Shown in pieces: positions 60,852 to 64,000 of a stretch of 64,000 bases of DNA. A model generated the notes under the pieces. It was not told where the DNA came from. It made no database searches and saw nothing but the letters and a program-made list of their open reading frames with translations. The stretch comes from Raillietiella orientalis (lineage: Eukaryota): NCBI GenBank assembly GCA_036172245.1, contig JAYWIR010000006.1, positions 4,340,001-4,404,000 on the forward strand, written 5' to 3'. Each line of letters begins with the position of its first letter. Positions within the stretch are counted from its first letter, which is position 1. The position numbers and the translations under genes are program-made.

Positions 60852-62320
60852 CTATTTCTTAGATGACCGAAAACCCGTAAAACCCATAACAGATGCCATA
60901 TCAGGATCAATTGCTTCATCCCCCAAATCCCCCTGAGCTTTTCGTTTTTTTTCCTTCTTCCGTTCCCTTCTGTACTCCCGAAGTTTTTCTTCCTAATGTG
61001 AAATTACACAAAATGATGCAGTTTGAGAGAATATTGTCAATAGACCTCCTCCCTGATTTCCTGCATCCTCTGCTCTAAACTGTATTCCTGCCTTCGTTCT
61101 TCCTTCTTTCGCTTGTTTGATTCCAGTCTGGTACGTACTTGATCCAGAGAAGAACGTTCTATACGCATAGACATTCCCAAATTTCTCTGATCTGTGAATG
61201 AGAACAGTAAAGAGAACTGTCACCATGTCACCTTACGTTTCTTCCCATTGATATGGTCCAGAAAATTAATTGAATCTTTAACCACACAATCACAGACATT
61301 GCAATAATACCTAGAGATTTTCAGATTGATAATTGTCTGGTGAAAAGACTCACCCTCCAGTTTGAGAGGCAGGTGTAGTCTTTGTTATGATAAGAGATTT
61401 TCCTAACTTTGAATTTAAATCAACCTTGTAATCCCTTGGTTTGAGAAGCTCTCTTTGACCAATATCTGCAAGTGGATCCTTAATTGCAGCAATTTCTGCA
61501 CGAATTCTATCATATGCAATTCTTTGGTATTCATTACGATCCCACTTCCTTCGATGATCTTCTGGTCTCTAAAAACACATTTAATTCTCCTAGAACATCA
61601 TTTCTGCAGTAATCAGTATTAAAGTTGAAATAAATGTTTATCTGAAAATGAGAGTCAACTTTTATTGGCTTCATTTATAATCTAACAATCTAAGATATGA
61701 GTTTCACCCATGCTTCATGACAGAAAACACAATTTATTATGACTCTATTGACGCTTCAATTAGTTAACGGTTGTAGCTCGCTATTTACTTGCATTGAATG
61801 CTATAGTCCAATGGTTCCGTTAATCATCCTCATTTCTCATTATCAAGTATACTGTTTATTACCAAAACCTAGTTTTCTAACACTTTGCAATCAAACTTTG
61901 CATTAATATTCTGCAATTTGTATTTTGTAAATTTTAACAACTAAAACCGATATTAATACGATTTTCATAAACGGTGTATCTGTACAACTTTCAGAACGTT
62001 ATTGTACCGACAATAACGCTACTACTTGATGCAGAAAAAAAAAAAAACAAGCACCTCACAACTTAAAAGTACTACACAACGAGTTTGCCAATTTTCAAAA
62101 TTACCAATTAAGCTAATGTAGCGAAGTATTCCCTACCGGAGACTTTCTTAGTCTACACAATAAGCAAACACCCTAGAGTTTTCAAGTTTCGGAGAAGAAA
62201 ACAAGAACTATCAGACAGTGTCCATAATTATAAAAATTTTAAAGCAGAAATACTTATATGAAATTATAAACTGAAACATGTCAGTGTGAAAGGAGGGCAA
62301 CTTACATCCAAATCCATCAT
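60852..62320 (-). CDS. ZMAT2: Zinc finger matrin-type 2 (Snu23 spliceosomal B-complex protein), ~196 aa. Exons 62320-62306?, 61568-61354, 61310-61237, 61191-61046, 60992-60852
   Basis: Not in the ORF track. [58 protein letters not shown] and [10 protein letters not shown]. The first micro-exon (MMDLD|GTAAGT) is tentative. Confidence 0.94.
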
Positions 62321-64000
62321 TATGTAGCAAACGAATCGTTACTTGGAACGACACTTTAGGAAGTAAACATCATATGTTCATTATCTATTTAGGATTACCA
62401 ACATCATTTTCACTTAGAAGTTTTGCCCTTGATTTCACAGCAGAAGAAGATGGCGATATTTTTTGAAAAATGGAATTAAATTACAAATGCAAGGGGAAAA
62501 TATTTTGTATATTTAACGACATTTTAGATAGAATTACTTCACAGAACATTATGATTGTTCATTCTATTATATGAGCAAGCAGTACGTTACACGTGTGCTT
62601 GCATACTTCTGCCATGCATTCTTATAAATGAATACTTGAGTCGATGAATCGTATACGTTGGCGATATTCTTAATATCTATGACAACTGCTGACAATTCAA
62701 GGTCTCACAGGGGCTATCATAATGAAATGATAGGTCAGAGAGCGGATAAAACGAAATTAGTTTCAATATTAAATTGTATATTCAACTTCAATGAAAGTTA
62801 CTTAGTAATCAGTATAACGAAGTGTACAAGAAAAGAATCATATCGATCTCTCAAAATTTAACTTCTTTTTCAAATATAAATATTAATTTGAAGACGCAAC
62901 TCAAAGATAGTAAGAATGATAAATTAATTACGCTTCACAAGGATGAAGACGAAATGAAATTTTTGCGTGTGAATCTTCTGCAAATTTTATAATTAAAAAC
63001 AGAATAATTGTAATTGGTTAATTGTATAAGATGAATAGAATTTCTCATGAAAATATTCTTCAAATGATAAATATTTCTGCCATACATTGTAGTTAATACG
63101 GGAAAATCTTGGAGCAAGATGTTTTTTTGTTGGCCTAAGGAAGGAATCATCTCTAAAGCGTAGTAAACAAATGTAAAAAAACAGAAATAAAGTGACAACC
63201 TGTTTAGTAAGATTTCATTCTGCTTCGAAAGTGCAATACATGAAATTCTTGCAGAATCGACAGTTTTGAGTATTTATAATGAAATCACCATATTGCGGCA
63301 ATATATAATTATTCTCATCCTAAGAGATGTATGTTATGAGAAAGCATTTGCTATCTATGAAGAACAAAATGTTCAAGGGAAAGGGAAAGGGAACATCAAG
63401 GGAAAGAAAAAAAAGGTAGGATTGGATTCCTGCTTTCTGTATGTAGAATCCAATTAATGATCATTTATTCTGCTTCTTCAATGCAGATATGAGTAAAGAA
63501 ACATATTTACAAAACTAATCTATATGATTCTTTTTCTTGAACTCCATTGCACTTGTACATGTATTTTCAACAAAGAAATAAAAATTCCCTTCCGTTTTGA
63601 ATTTATTTCAATTTCATAATTCTTTCGTCATAATATCTTCTCATGCGTATTTCCTGAAATGTGAGGTTTCTCGTAACGGGATGCTTTTGAAATCCATTAA
63701 GAATATTCCCCTTACTTCGACAATTCACAAAAAGAAAAGAACACAAACTTTGTGTTTCGATTGGAAAAGGTGTGACCAAACAAATCTTATTTTCTTGTGT
63801 AATCACCGTCCTTTGCACCCGTCCATCGCTCCACTGACTTTTGCGTGCCTGCTGAGACAAGTTTCCGTCCTGTGCATTTGAAGGATTTCGTTGCTTCGCC
63901 ATTCAGAATTACATCTGCTTCAGGTTATCCATAAGTGGTTCGAACAGAAAGTTGCATGATGGCGAATCGGAGTTGTGTGCGGGTTGTTGCAATGTCTCAA

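Noticed and set aside
1..64000. Prokaryotic systems (CRISPR arrays, bacterial operons), rRNA or tRNA genes
   Set aside because: The sequence is spliceosomal-intron-containing animal DNA; no repeat-spacer array, rRNA or tRNA was seen.

Overview
This is eukaryotic (invertebrate animal) genomic DNA, not prokaryotic. Genes have many tiny GT-AG introns (38-100 bp). The window alternates between GC/CpG-rich domains (~1-16.5 kb, ~22.7-53.9 kb) and AT-rich, CpG-poor domains (~17-22.6 kb, ~54-64 kb). Spliced gene models were built by hand: two tandem acid-lipase paralogues, a decayed histone H3 pseudogene, a possible orphan gene, LARP1 (with a SNORD38/snR61-type C/D snoRNA in its last intron), the bHLH gene Hand (14.3-kb intron), and a very tight minus-strand cluster ZMAT2 > CCDC93 > NDUFA5 > C2H2 zinc-finger gene. 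The main discovery is in that cluster. It looks like an operon: the spacers are 75, 164 and 217 bp, they contain no AATAAA, and a 3' splice acceptor sits just before each downstream ATG. Two spacers carry homologous three-way-junction/pseudoknot RNA motifs that resemble viral subclass-1b exoribonuclease-resistant RNAs (xrRNA). They may be a cellular XRN-blocking element that protects downstream cistrons. This functional reading is inference, and the viral comparison is from memory.
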